In this document: piece by piece, positions 10,067-19,625 of the stretch
Numbering within the stretch: position 1 is the stretch's first letter
Layout of the letters: each line of letters starts with the position of its first letter
Source of the DNA: Rubripirellula sp.
Lineage (GTDB): Bacteria > Planctomycetota > Planctomycetia > Pirellulales > Pirellulaceae
Assembly (NCBI GenBank): GCA_965216875.1
Contig: OZ244207.1
Location: forward strand, 2,368,001-2,432,000
Length of the DNA: 64,000 bases
Direction of reading: 5' to 3'
Notes under the pieces: model-generated
What the model was told of the DNA's origin: nothing
The model's input: only the letters and a program-made list of their open reading frames with translations
The model's database searches: none
Program-made: the position numbers and the translations under genes

Positions 10067-11167
10067 TCACTCGTCCGATAGGAAGCGTGATGCCCGGCGA
10101 AGGCCAACAGCACGCGATGTCGACCACACGGTCGAAACGTCGCCGATGTGTTGAACGAGGCTCGGGATCGGATACCAAAACGAGATCCCACGACTCCATG
10201 CCCAAGCGCCGACACGCGTATCAATCCCCGCTTCTCCAGCGACAGTCTCAAGCTGACCGTCCCGGATCGAATCAAGCAATTCAACTGCGACGCGCCGCGG
10301 AAAGACCCAGGCCACTGCCCCGAGCGTCCACGGCTCTTCAATAAGATGCCACCCCGGCTCTCGGTCGCGTGAATAGTCCGATGATGTATAAAGCGAAACG
10401 ATACAGTTGTCGGATGCTGGCCAAAACGCCGCCTCCAAGTAGGCACGCATCTCCGGTGCGGGTGCGAAATATGCATCGTCTTGAACAAGCATTAATGCAT
10501 CGGCATCGCCTGCATCCTCGAACAACAGCTCGAATGCCCGGCACCACGCAGTCCACGCCCCCGATGGACCGTCAAGCTCGATCGCGTGAAGCGTCTGATG
10601 CTCGCTGCCCAGTTCAACAGGCCCGTCAAGAAACAGAGTGAATTCGTCGCTCGACCAACCACATTGAAGCAAGCTGTTCACCGAATCTGTAACGGTGGAA
10701 AGCCGTCGGTGACACGTTGTCATGCCAACTGCCCAGCGCACGGGTGAACCGCAACGTTTCGGGGGAATCGGAATCCGCTTGGCCAGTTCTTGTTGATCAA
10801 ACGAACCCTGCGAATCAGTTGCTCGATTGCCGGCACAATCATCTTCGCTTGGCAAAACGGTTGGAAGCTGAGACTGGGCGAACGCGAGAAGCTCTTCCTG
10901 ACGATCACGTCCAGCACCGCAACTAACCGGCATTTCGCTTTCGACGAATTGATAAAGTAGCGATGCCACAACCGGATTCAAATCGCGAGCGTTCGGGGCA
11001 AAGCTCTCACAACACGCTTCGCAAGCCCCTTCGGGGATGTCGCTCAATCGATTCGGATCGACCTTCGTGATCTCCGCCAACAACCCACAGCAACAACGCT
11101 CGCCATCGACCATTCGGTACGGGCAATCGCACGGACGGCGTCCGGTGAATCGATCTTCGGCAGTCAT
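10067..11167 (-). CDS. Putative GT-A fold glycosyltransferase with N-terminal Cys-rich domain
   Basis: WAVGMTT start strand, LMLVQDDA (DxD-like), PSLVQHIG C-terminal motif; N-terminal CPYR..CG..ACEAC..NPV. Confidence 0.6.
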   Translation of the reverse strand: MTAEDRFTGRRPCDCPYRMVDGERCCCGLLAEITKVDPNRLSDIPEGACEACCESFAPNARDLNPVVASLLYQFVESEMPVSCGAGRDRQEELLAFAQSQLPTVLPSEDDCAGNRATDSQGSFDQQELAKRIPIPPKRCGSPVRWAVGMTTCHRRLSTVTDSVNSLLQCGWSSDEFTLFLDGPVELGSEHQTLHAIELDGPSGAWTAWCRAFELLFEDAGDADALMLVQDDAYFAPAPEMRAYLEAAFWPASDNCIVSLYTSSDYSRDREPGWHLIEEPWTLGAVAWVFPRRVAVELLDSIRDGQLETVAGEAGIDTRVGAWAWSRGISFWYPIPSLVQHIGDVSTVWSTSRAVGLRRASRFLSDE

Positions 11168-12891
11168 GGGTGCACGCGTTGGGTCACCTCGGCGTGAACA
11201 CCCAACGCACCGAATGGCCGCGGGTCAAACTGCCCGAGCGCGAAAAGTTGCAGTCGCCTTCCAAACTCTTCGTGCGATTCTTGATTGGGTCCGCTACCCA
11301 AACCTGTGCTGCTGTGCTGCGTCGCGGATTGCCTGTGACAGCGGTAACGCAACAACACCGACTTACTGACAGCGATGTGACTGCGCGCGTAGTAAGCCCG
11401 TGACTGCAATTCGGTATCGACCCCCGTTCGATTCCGTTTGCGCTCGCCAAAGTCGGCATACCCTCCCATTCCTTCGAACCAACTGCGTTTCATCACTAAC
11501 GTCGGATTCTCCAAAAAGTAGCCGGCCCCGCGGCGACATGGGTAACGCGACTCTCGCAGGTACCGCTTTGTTCCTTCGGCAGCGACCACGCGATGAGCGA
11601 CCGCAGGGAACAACTCCGGCAATCCAAACAACTCGGTGGCTCCGCCAGCGACGTCCGCACCCGAATGTTGAAGCAGTGCAACCAAACGCGCGAGACGATG
11701 AGGCAAACTCACGTCATCCGCGTCTTGAACGGCAAGGAACTCGGTCTCGGCAGATCGAGAAACGTTGTTGAACGTCAGGAATGGCCCGATGTTGAGAGAG
11801 TTGCGGTAGAACCGAATGTTCGAATACTCACTCAGCCCCCTAAATAGCTCATCGGACGATTGGGTTGAGCAATCATCGACAAGGTGAATTACTACATCGA
11901 CCCCAGCTTGCTCCAACAAACTCGCCACAGAACTTTGTACGTATTCGAAATCATCCCTGAAGGGGACGATCACATCACAACTAGCTCTCTCGTTTGATTC
12001 GGGCCTAAAAAGCCGCGACAAATTGGTTCGACGACAGAAAGTTGCACGTCGATCTTGAACTCGATTGGCATCCTTGCCACTTCGTAACGGTCCATCTTCA
12101 TCGATGCGAACCAATCGATGCTGCGCCGTCGCCACCGCGGCGAAATCGTCGAGCCCCTCGATCGTTTCCTGATCGTCAAGTATCATGTCAACGAGTGTTG
12201 CCCGCCTAACGACCACCGATTCGATCGACACCGATTCGCAATTCGAATCTCGATGGGCAAGCATTTCACCGCCGCGTTCATCAAGCGCGCCGATCACTTG
12301 CCGCAACGTTTGATCATCGTAAACCGCTGTTGCATCCAAGAGGGCAACGAATGGTGTCGTCAACTGGTCCAGTATCGACTCACTTCGCGCCGCGGTCGTT
12401 CCTTCTTTAGCAACACAGTGCACTCGAACGTTTGGCGTGTCGGCGTAGCGATCGGCGATGCTCGATGAAACTTCGTCGACCAGCAAATGCACCACAACAT
12501 AGACGCGATGCTGATTCAAGACCGAATCAAGCATTTGATCGATTGGTTTGACACAGCCGTGCAAATCGAGAACCACGTCGCAACTGTAGGACGCGGGCGC
12601 AAAGTGCATCGACGACTCTGCTCGAATCGATTTCTGCGACCAGGCATTGAGTAGGCTGGCCGCCTCGTCTTCGCCTTCACAATTCTCCGTCGCCCGATAG
12701 ATCAAGGACGAGATCACGGGATTTGCATCCGGCGAAGCAAAGGGCGAATGCGTCGCACAGACTTCACACGCAGTGAGGTCGACCTGACAATCGCGGTCGT
12801 CGGCTCCAGTCAATCGCTGTACGAATCCGCAAACCGCTGCGCCGTCAGGTCCGGAAACGATGCGAAAGGGGCACTCAGTCGGATCAGCCAC
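11164..12891 (-). CDS. Family 2 glycosyltransferase with N-terminal Cys-rich domain and a duplicated degenerate GT2 domain
   Basis: DVIVPF, HLVDDCST, NIGP, FLAVQDADDVSLPHRL, GGY; GTG start abuts the upstream TAG. Confidence 0.8.
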   Translation of the reverse strand: MADPTECPFRIVSGPDGAAVCGFVQRLTGADDRDCQVDLTACEVCATHSPFASPDANPVISSLIYRATENCEGEDEAASLLNAWSQKSIRAESSMHFAPASYSCDVVLDLHGCVKPIDQMLDSVLNQHRVYVVVHLLVDEVSSSIADRYADTPNVRVHCVAKEGTTAARSESILDQLTTPFVALLDATAVYDDQTLRQVIGALDERGGEMLAHRDSNCESVSIESVVVRRATLVDMILDDQETIEGLDDFAAVATAQHRLVRIDEDGPLRSGKDANRVQDRRATFCRRTNLSRLFRPESNERASCDVIVPFRDDFEYVQSSVASLLEQAGVDVVIHLVDDCSTQSSDELFRGLSEYSNIRFYRNSLNIGPFLTFNNVSRSAETEFLAVQDADDVSLPHRLARLVALLQHSGADVAGGATELFGLPELFPAVAHRVVAAEGTKRYLRESRYPCRRGAGYFLENPTLVMKRSWFEGMGGYADFGERKRNRTGVDTELQSRAYYARSHIAVSKSVLLRYRCHRQSATQHSSTGLGSGPNQESHEEFGRRLQLFALGQFDPRPFGALGVHAEVTQRVHP

Positions 12892-13152
12892 CTAGACCGA
12901 CGTGGCTGGCGCCAAACAAGGTGTCGTGCGCAACTGGCCTTTGAATCGCCCAGCAAGCAGAGGTGGTTCGCCGACGACGCCGCCGTCGACCGGTTGGTTC
13001 AACTTGACGTTCCACTGGGCTCCATCAAATTCCCAGAGCGTCGTTCCGTAAGCTGACGCTTGCCCGCCGCTCGAATGCGAGTGCAATTTAACGTCTGATT
13101 CTGTGTCCCACATTGACTGATCCCTCTGTCTTACCATGAACGCCATCCGCAA
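12892..13152 (-). CDS. Small hypothetical protein, first gene of the GT operon
   Basis: 86-aa ORF (start may be at M3, M6 or M14); stop directly abuts the next start; protein-like YGTTLWEFDGAQW...PP..GRFKGQLR. Confidence 0.6.
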   Translation of the reverse strand: MRMAFMVRQRDQSMWDTESDVKLHSHSSGGQASAYGTTLWEFDGAQWNVKLNQPVDGGVVGEPPLLAGRFKGQLRTTPCLAPATSV

Positions 13153-13292
13153 TCAGTGCAGATGCTTGCGCCCCACGGTGAACATAGCCGCAAGACGAAG
13201 ACAAATCAAATGATTGTTCGTATCAGCCTGTTCGCTTTCTAAACACCTTACGTATCCTTCCATGTTGTTACGCAAGTTTACCTAGACTGTCG

Positions 13293-16200
13293 TTACTCCT
13301 GTACAGATGTCGGCGCCCTGACAACTCGAAAGCCGAACGAAAAAGCGCGCTTGCGCGTTGTCTCGGTTCCATCGGTAAGGAAATCAGGATCTGTATACGC
13401 GGTGTTGGCATACCCTCGGAACTGGCGCACATCACTGTTTTTGTTGACGCCGATGCCTGAGCACCACTCGCTTAAGTTGCCAACCATATCAAAGATGCCC
13501 AAGCGATTTGGCATAAACGTTTTAACCTTGTGAGGATTGTCTAAATCGTTCCCAACGAGCCATTTGTAATTACGTTGAAGGCTTGGATCGTGTCCGAAGG
13601 GGAAGGGAGTCGTCACCCCTGCAAAACATGCCGCCTCCCATTCTTCGGCCGTCGGTAAACGATACCCCTTTCGCGACAGGTAATCGGAACGAAGAAGGAT
13701 TTCGTCGTTCTCAAGTCCCTCGAGTGCTGGATAGCACATCTCCGCCTCACCCATCCCTTCCTGACGTGTGAGCCAACGCGTGTAGGAAACCGCATCAATC
13801 CAGTTCACCAATTGCATTGGATGCTCATTCGTGGGCGCCTGGTCGCGATGCACGTTCGGCTCTCGGCCAGGACGATGCTCAAGATACTGGCCCACCGTGA
13901 CTTCATTGATTGCGATTTCAAAATCGACCGTCTCATTGGAAACCCGCACCATCGTCTGGCCGCGAGGCGTCACTGTCCACTGATTCGACGGATCAGTTCG
14001 ACCGGCCAGTCCCAACGTTGCCTCATCGACCCACTGATCCATCCCAAGCTTTCGAAGCAGGTATTCCGATGCGCCATGAACGGCACAGTCGGGATGTTCA
14101 ACAAAGTGTCGCTGTGCTACGGCGGCAACGTTGTCTAGTTCATCCCCAGTACCGACAACGTTTTCAAATTGTGCGATCAACAGCATCAAACCGTAAATCT
14201 CGCCAGGGTCACTGGCGATTTGTAAACGCTGTACCAAAACGTTGGTCTCTAGCTCCAACTTGGGTGTTCGGTCCAGCAACCAGGCGCGTGTGTCGGGCAC
14301 ATCTTTATGCTGCAAACCCAACCACAACTCATCAAACTCGCCTCGGCTCGCCAACACGGCGATTGCGTTTGCCTTGCGGCTACTTTTTTCTGAAAGCTCT
14401 GTTTCATCCGCATCAGGTCCGATGTCTGGGAACGCAGCTTCCCTGAGTACCGGCGTGATTTCGTCCTCCATCGTTCCCAGCATCGCCAGAATCTCGCCAA
14501 CCCGCTCGCCGCGAACATCGAGCATCGTCAATGCGATCATGGCGGGTTCATCCGAATAGATGTCGCTCACCACGGCAACGGTCGCATCGCGCTGCTGGGG
14601 TGTAGCGTTCGTGCGAAATTCGGCTGCAAACGAATCGACAAGTGCCAACCGGATGGGCATCAGTCCATCGATGATCGCGTCGTAATTACCCGGTTTCGAA
14701 GAGACCTTTGCCAATGCCGTTTGAACGAGGAACGGTGCCAAGGCGTTCCAGCGCGATTCGGGACTCACATCGAGTTCTTCGCTGATCCTCGCGAGCACCA
14801 ATCCGCTACGCAATCGCAGATCATCATCTTCATCGTCGTCTTCCAGTGTTTTCAACAGACGCAAACGAAGCTGCTCGGTATCCCCTTTTCGCAGCTCTGC
14901 GGCGATCACCAACATCAAGTCGTAATCGACGGTGAACAATCGCTCGGTCAACTCATCAAAAACGCTTTGGTCCGTCGGGTCGATCGCAAGCAATGCCGTG
15001 TGCGCACGCAAGTGCTGCGGAGTCTCGACATCGTACTTTGTCAAACGGTGCCTGAGTTCCGACTGCATCCACGATCGATCGGCCTCGGCCTGCTTCAAGA
15101 GCCGCGGCAACTCGGAAGTATCCGCTGTCACCAGTTGGTCGGCCAAAGCGGTTGCCTTGATTTCGCGCGAATAGCGAAACGCACCGACGCCCAGTAGCAA
15201 CATGAATGCTACTGCCGCCACAGTGCCCAACAGATACCTTTTGTTGGCCGCGGAGAGCATCTCTTGGGCGGCTTGTCCACGCTGAGCCGGCATGGTCAAC
15301 AACGAAAAGTAGACCCACTCGATCCATGACGGCATGTGCCGCCGATCCGAACGTGAAAGGTAGACTTCCGTTCGATCGGCCAGTCGCAAGGCAGCACGCC
15401 CTCGCATCGTCAATTGTTGATGCGTTTCGATCCACTGGCGCACAGCTGGCACCAAAAAATCGTGGGTCAGCTGATAGCAAGATTCGCCCACAACCTTTTC
15501 AACCTCCCCCGCGCGACTTCGTCCCGCTGGCGTGATCAACCGCAGATCGCGATCCAAGATTTCGATCATCTCATTGAACCGTTTTGGGTGCTGCCCATAC
15601 CCACACAAAAGACGCAGCTCCGATTCAGGTCGCATCGCTCCTTTGATGTTGGTGCCTGTCGCTGGAAGCAACGCCGCAAGCAGTTTGCGAGTCGCCTCGA
15701 GGTGCTTTCGATTGCCTACCGGAGCGTCAGGAGAAGAGAAAGACTCATCAAGAAATCGTGCACCTACACCTTCGATCCCTCCCAACGCACTCAGCGAATC
15801 CGCATCCCATTGGCGAGTCTTCATCATCTCGGCAAAGGTGGCAAGGCGGACCGGCATCACGGTCGAATTCTCGCTCAAGCCTTCGATCGCACGTTCCACA
15901 AAGATCTCTTGTTGGTAGCTCCAGTCGCTCGATCGGTCAGGAAGTTTTCCAAAGGCTCGCCCAAATTCACCGAGCACTTTCTGGGCATGGGGGCCGTCGA
16001 AACGATCGATCAATGCCAGGTTTCGATTTCCAACAAGATCGACCTCAAGTTCGTCCATCAGCTGGCTAATCGAAAGCCAAAACTCGTCACGCACAAGAAA
16101 CAAAGACTGGAGATTCAAGCCATCGCACTGCCGAAATGCGATCGCGAGCTCGTCTACTCCGGAAGCCGCGCGGGCGTGCAGCCATTGCTCGAATTGATCA

Positions 16201-17918
16201 ACAACGATCAAGGTTTTGCGGCCAAGTTCACTCTTGGCGTATCGGCGCAACCACGACATGCTGTCGATGAGATCGAGATCGCTTGGCAAACCAGGACACT
16301 CTGACTTGAGCGCCGCGTGCAAGTCTTTGGCAAGCCCGTCCCCAGAGGCTTCGACAAACACAACCGTCACCGACTCGTCGATCAACGGCACCAGCCCCGC
16401 TTTGACGAACGAAGACTTCCCGCATCCTGAAGGCCCATAAATCACACCCGCACGAAATGCCAATTCAGGATCGTCGGACAGGATTCGCCGCTGCCAAAAC
16501 CGCAAACTCTCTGGCACGCCCAGGCGATCCAACGGCCCCGGCAGCAACTGCTGGAAGAAACTAGCGTCCTCGGTATCAAACGACCTTAGTCCCCGAGGCA
16601 CGATCTTCTCTGGACGTGACGAGCTCGGATCGGCTCCAGAAGCAACCGCCTGCATACCGAACGATGAGTTTCCGATCGACTCTTCAAGCACGCTCGCCAG
16701 TTCGGCAGCGAACGCAGCCGCACTCGGATAGCGATCAGCAGCACGCTTGCTGAGCGCGCGGCTACAAATCCTGTCGAGCTCTTTGGGCAAAACGGGATTG
16801 TGATGCTGGAGCGGCAAGGGATCCAGTGTCAAAACCTCGTCGATCACTTGGTGGTGTGTTTTTCCGGGGAAGGGACGTCCGCCCCCAAGAACCTCATACA
16901 TCACAACGCCAAGACTGAACACGTCACTGCGTCCGTCCACCAAGTGACCTTCGCCACGCGCTTGTTCGGGACTCATATAGCCGGGAGTGCCAAGCCACCC
17001 ACGCCGTCGTTCGTGAGCGTCCTCGGTCAATGCGAGCCCAAAATCGCTCACGAAACACTCGCCGCGCTCGTCGAGCAACAAATTGGCCGGTTTGATGTCG
17101 CGATGCACAACTCCCTGGTCGTGCACGGATTGAAGAGTCTCGGCAACGGACTGGACCAAAACAAGCGCGTCACGAATCGGCATCGGAGCACGACGAATCC
17201 GTTGACTCAACGATTCGCCCTTGATGTACTTCATCACCACGAAACAGCGATCGTCGATTCGGCCGACATCGTAGATGGGAACCACGTGCGAATGATCCAA
17301 ATTGGCAAGCATTCGCGCTTCGGAAAGGTACAACTCAATCGCGGCGGGCGTCATCTCGCGATCGGGATGCGGGAGTTTGACCGCCACTTGCCGGTTCAAC
17401 TCCGGGTCCTGCGCGAGATAGACGTTTCCGAATCCGCCCGATCCCAACACGCTTTCCAGTTGATACCTGCCCACCGTCAACCCAAGGTCGCTGGAAGCGT
17501 CCTTTGCTTGGCTGTTTGTGCCAACCGAGATCTCATGTTCAGCCGTTCGCGCACCCGCTACGTTGGTCGCGCTGTGATTCGATTCGCTGGCAATCGTTGC
17601 GTGCCCATCGAGCACTTCTTTGATCACGTTGGTGAACTGAGGAAACTCGCTGAAATAGTCACCCACGCTTCGCGAAGAGCCGCGTTGTTGTCGCATGGAC
17701 ATGTCGAACAGAAGCAACTCGCGAAAAACCTCGGCTCGCTGCTTGACCGGAATCTCGTCTTGCACGAGCTGGTCTACGAAGCTGCGGAGGCTGAAATCTC
17801 CCTCTTCATGCCAGCTGCTCTCAAACTGAGCGCGATAATTTGAGTGGTCGGCCGAATCTTGATCGACCGTTTCATCGCTTGTCATTTCAAAACTAGCTTC
17901 AACCGACTCATGCCCCAA
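13293..17918 (-). CDS. Ser/Thr protein kinase - STAND-type P-loop NTPase - TM - helical repeat - FGE-sulfatase (SUMF1-like) domain protein
   Basis: LGSGGFG, VAVK, HRDIKPAN, DFG, GTPGYMSPE; Walker A GPSGCGKSS, Walker B IVVDQFE; RLPTAEEWE, PNRLGIFDMVGNLSEW, GFRVVR. Confidence 0.9.
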   Translation of the reverse strand: MGHESVEASFEMTSDETVDQDSADHSNYRAQFESSWHEEGDFSLRSFVDQLVQDEIPVKQRAEVFRELLLFDMSMRQQRGSSRSVGDYFSEFPQFTNVIKEVLDGHATIASESNHSATNVAGARTAEHEISVGTNSQAKDASSDLGLTVGRYQLESVLGSGGFGNVYLAQDPELNRQVAVKLPHPDREMTPAAIELYLSEARMLANLDHSHVVPIYDVGRIDDRCFVVMKYIKGESLSQRIRRAPMPIRDALVLVQSVAETLQSVHDQGVVHRDIKPANLLLDERGECFVSDFGLALTEDAHERRRGWLGTPGYMSPEQARGEGHLVDGRSDVFSLGVVMYEVLGGGRPFPGKTHHQVIDEVLTLDPLPLQHHNPVLPKELDRICSRALSKRAADRYPSAAAFAAELASVLEESIGNSSFGMQAVASGADPSSSRPEKIVPRGLRSFDTEDASFFQQLLPGPLDRLGVPESLRFWQRRILSDDPELAFRAGVIYGPSGCGKSSFVKAGLVPLIDESVTVVFVEASGDGLAKDLHAALKSECPGLPSDLDLIDSMSWLRRYAKSELGRKTLIVVDQFEQWLHARAASGVDELAIAFRQCDGLNLQSLFLVRDEFWLSISQLMDELEVDLVGNRNLALIDRFDGPHAQKVLGEFGRAFGKLPDRSSDWSYQQEIFVERAIEGLSENSTVMPVRLATFAEMMKTRQWDADSLSALGGIEGVGARFLDESFSSPDAPVGNRKHLEATRKLLAALLPATGTNIKGAMRPESELRLLCGYGQHPKRFNEMIEILDRDLRLITPAGRSRAGEVEKVVGESCYQLTHDFLVPAVRQWIETHQQLTMRGRAALRLADRTEVYLSRSDRRHMPSWIEWVYFSLLTMPAQRGQAAQEMLSAANKRYLLGTVAAVAFMLLLGVGAFRYSREIKATALADQLVTADTSELPRLLKQAEADRSWMQSELRHRLTKYDVETPQHLRAHTALLAIDPTDQSVFDELTERLFTVDYDLMLVIAAELRKGDTEQLRLRLLKTLEDDDEDDDLRLRSGLVLARISEELDVSPESRWNALAPFLVQTALAKVSSKPGNYDAIIDGLMPIRLALVDSFAAEFRTNATPQQRDATVAVVSDIYSDEPAMIALTMLDVRGERVGEILAMLGTMEDEITPVLREAAFPDIGPDADETELSEKSSRKANAIAVLASRGEFDELWLGLQHKDVPDTRAWLLDRTPKLELETNVLVQRLQIASDPGEIYGLMLLIAQFENVVGTGDELDNVAAVAQRHFVEHPDCAVHGASEYLLRKLGMDQWVDEATLGLAGRTDPSNQWTVTPRGQTMVRVSNETVDFEIAINEVTVGQYLEHRPGREPNVHRDQAPTNEHPMQLVNWIDAVSYTRWLTRQEGMGEAEMCYPALEGLENDEILLRSDYLSRKGYRLPTAEEWEAACFAGVTTPFPFGHDPSLQRNYKWLVGNDLDNPHKVKTFMPNRLGIFDMVGNLSEWCSGIGVNKNSDVRQFRGYANTAYTDPDFLTDGTETTRKRAFSFGFRVVRAPTSVQE

Positions 17919-18026
17919 TAAGCCACAACAAAGAGATTGCCAAATAGGAATTGACCATCATAACATTGATTGCTGGTCACAGCGGGCCATCAGCTGCTAA
18001 CGACCTAGATTCTAGTTCCGTTGATT

Positions 18027-19505
18027 CTAGAGTCGCTGCAGCGCAACCCCACCCGTTTTGCGGGCAAGCTGAATCAGGTCGTCATTCTCGGCTTCAACGA
18101 TAAAGACGTGCAGCATGATTCCCTTGAGCTCTTTCGGCTGGACATTTATCCCGTGATCTCCGTCGGTAACAATGATGAGCTCCGGCCGTAGAGCATCCAT
18201 GTCGCTAACCGCTTTGCGAATCCTCTTAATCCCTTCGCGCAACGCGAGGTTGATGTCCGTGTCATCCCCCATGAAAAAGTCGTAGTGCAAACGCTGGATC
18301 TCTTCGCGTGCTTCGGACACTTCCGTGACCATGACTTCATCGTGAACGACCGAATCAAAAAAGCTGTAGCCCAAAACCGCCTCACGACGTCCGACCGCTC
18401 GCAGTCGGTTCAGCAAAATTGCCAGCAATTTGTAGATCCGTTCGCCCGCTTGCATCGATTTACTGCGATCAAGCAGCGCGTAGAAAAACTGCTTCTTGTC
18501 ACTCCGCTTGATCTTTTCTCGAACCATGAAGCTCTTCGTTGCGACACGGTACCGAAAGTACTTTGGTGAGGCCACTTTCATCGCCCAAGCCGCCGGGGCA
18601 AGCTTCGACAACTCATCAAAGGACTGCATCATCCTCATCCGAGTTTGATCGCCGTCCGCTGCCGGAATCATCTTTTTCTCAAAACGTGGCTGAAACGCGA
18701 CATATTCGTTCGCGATTCGAGCAATCCGAAGCAAAGCCTCCATGCTCGGTTCTTCGAGCAATCGCGAGGCAACGTTCAATCGCCGAACCGAAAGCGGGTG
18801 CATTTCCTTCTTCTCGGTTTGCTCGCGCATCCCGCCAAAGCAATCACTAAAAAGCGACGCGATTCGACCGCGTGTTTCGATCGTTTCGACAAGTTGTATC
18901 GAGGTGATGCCGCGATCAACACTCATCTGTTCGTGGTCAATCTTGTCGGTTGGCTTGAGCTGGTCTTCATTGGGAAGACATTCGAGCAATTCGATTTCAT
19001 CCGCTTCAAGCCCACCTACCTCCTGGAGCGCCCAATTGATCTGTTCAGCAATCTTCTCGGGTGGAATCCCGACTGCGATGGCGCGTTTTGCCGTTGCGAT
19101 GATCGCAACGTTGGCGATGGCTCGATCGATGTCGGTTCGACCGTGAATGTTCTGAAACTCGACATCGCGCAAGCTGAGAACTAAACGATGATAGATTTCG
19201 GCGTCCTTGACCGACCAGTTCACGAATTCATCAAGCCACTGAAGCGGCTTCCACATTCGCATCCTGTAAGTGAGCCGCGTGCGCCGTTCGATTTCCGCCT
19301 TACTGGCGAAGGTGCCTTCGTCAACCAGATGCACACCGTCCCAAATGATGGGCAACGGAAGATGATGCATCCCAATGGCATCGAGTTTCTTCACCACTTC
19401 GTTTGTGTTGATCTGCTGCCGCCGTTCACTCATGTCTGGCAAAGTGACATGAGTGTGGTGCTTGATGAAATTCAGAAATCTGCGATCAACTCGAATGCGT
19501 TCCAT
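18027..19505 (-). CDS. vWA (MIDAS) domain protein, ViaA/CoxE-like
   Basis: LLDRSKSM (DxSxS), GDDTDI, IIVTDG, LHVFIV in the C-terminal third. Confidence 0.75.
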   Translation of the reverse strand: MERIRVDRRFLNFIKHHTHVTLPDMSERRQQINTNEVVKKLDAIGMHHLPLPIIWDGVHLVDEGTFASKAEIERRTRLTYRMRMWKPLQWLDEFVNWSVKDAEIYHRLVLSLRDVEFQNIHGRTDIDRAIANVAIIATAKRAIAVGIPPEKIAEQINWALQEVGGLEADEIELLECLPNEDQLKPTDKIDHEQMSVDRGITSIQLVETIETRGRIASLFSDCFGGMREQTEKKEMHPLSVRRLNVASRLLEEPSMEALLRIARIANEYVAFQPRFEKKMIPAADGDQTRMRMMQSFDELSKLAPAAWAMKVASPKYFRYRVATKSFMVREKIKRSDKKQFFYALLDRSKSMQAGERIYKLLAILLNRLRAVGRREAVLGYSFFDSVVHDEVMVTEVSEAREEIQRLHYDFFMGDDTDINLALREGIKRIRKAVSDMDALRPELIIVTDGDHGINVQPKELKGIMLHVFIVEAENDDLIQLARKTGGVALQRL

Positions 19506-19625
19506 AGTGACCGCATTCTACTCGACTCAGCCTCGGATCGCTTGGCCCGAGAACCGGGACGTCCCTAGGAAGGACAGTTCCGTAGGAGCGTCACCCTCCC
19601 AAGGTCGAGTCAACAGATGCCCCTG

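Noticed and set aside
10952..12873. Cys-rich N-termini of the GTs as haem c or radical-SAM motifs
   Set aside because: No CxxCH and no CxxxCxxC spacing; the proteins lack export signals
15414..17843. Long plus-strand ORFs (296 aa, 347 aa) inside the kinase gene
   Set aside because: Antisense shadow ORFs typical of GC-rich coding DNA; no recognisable motifs
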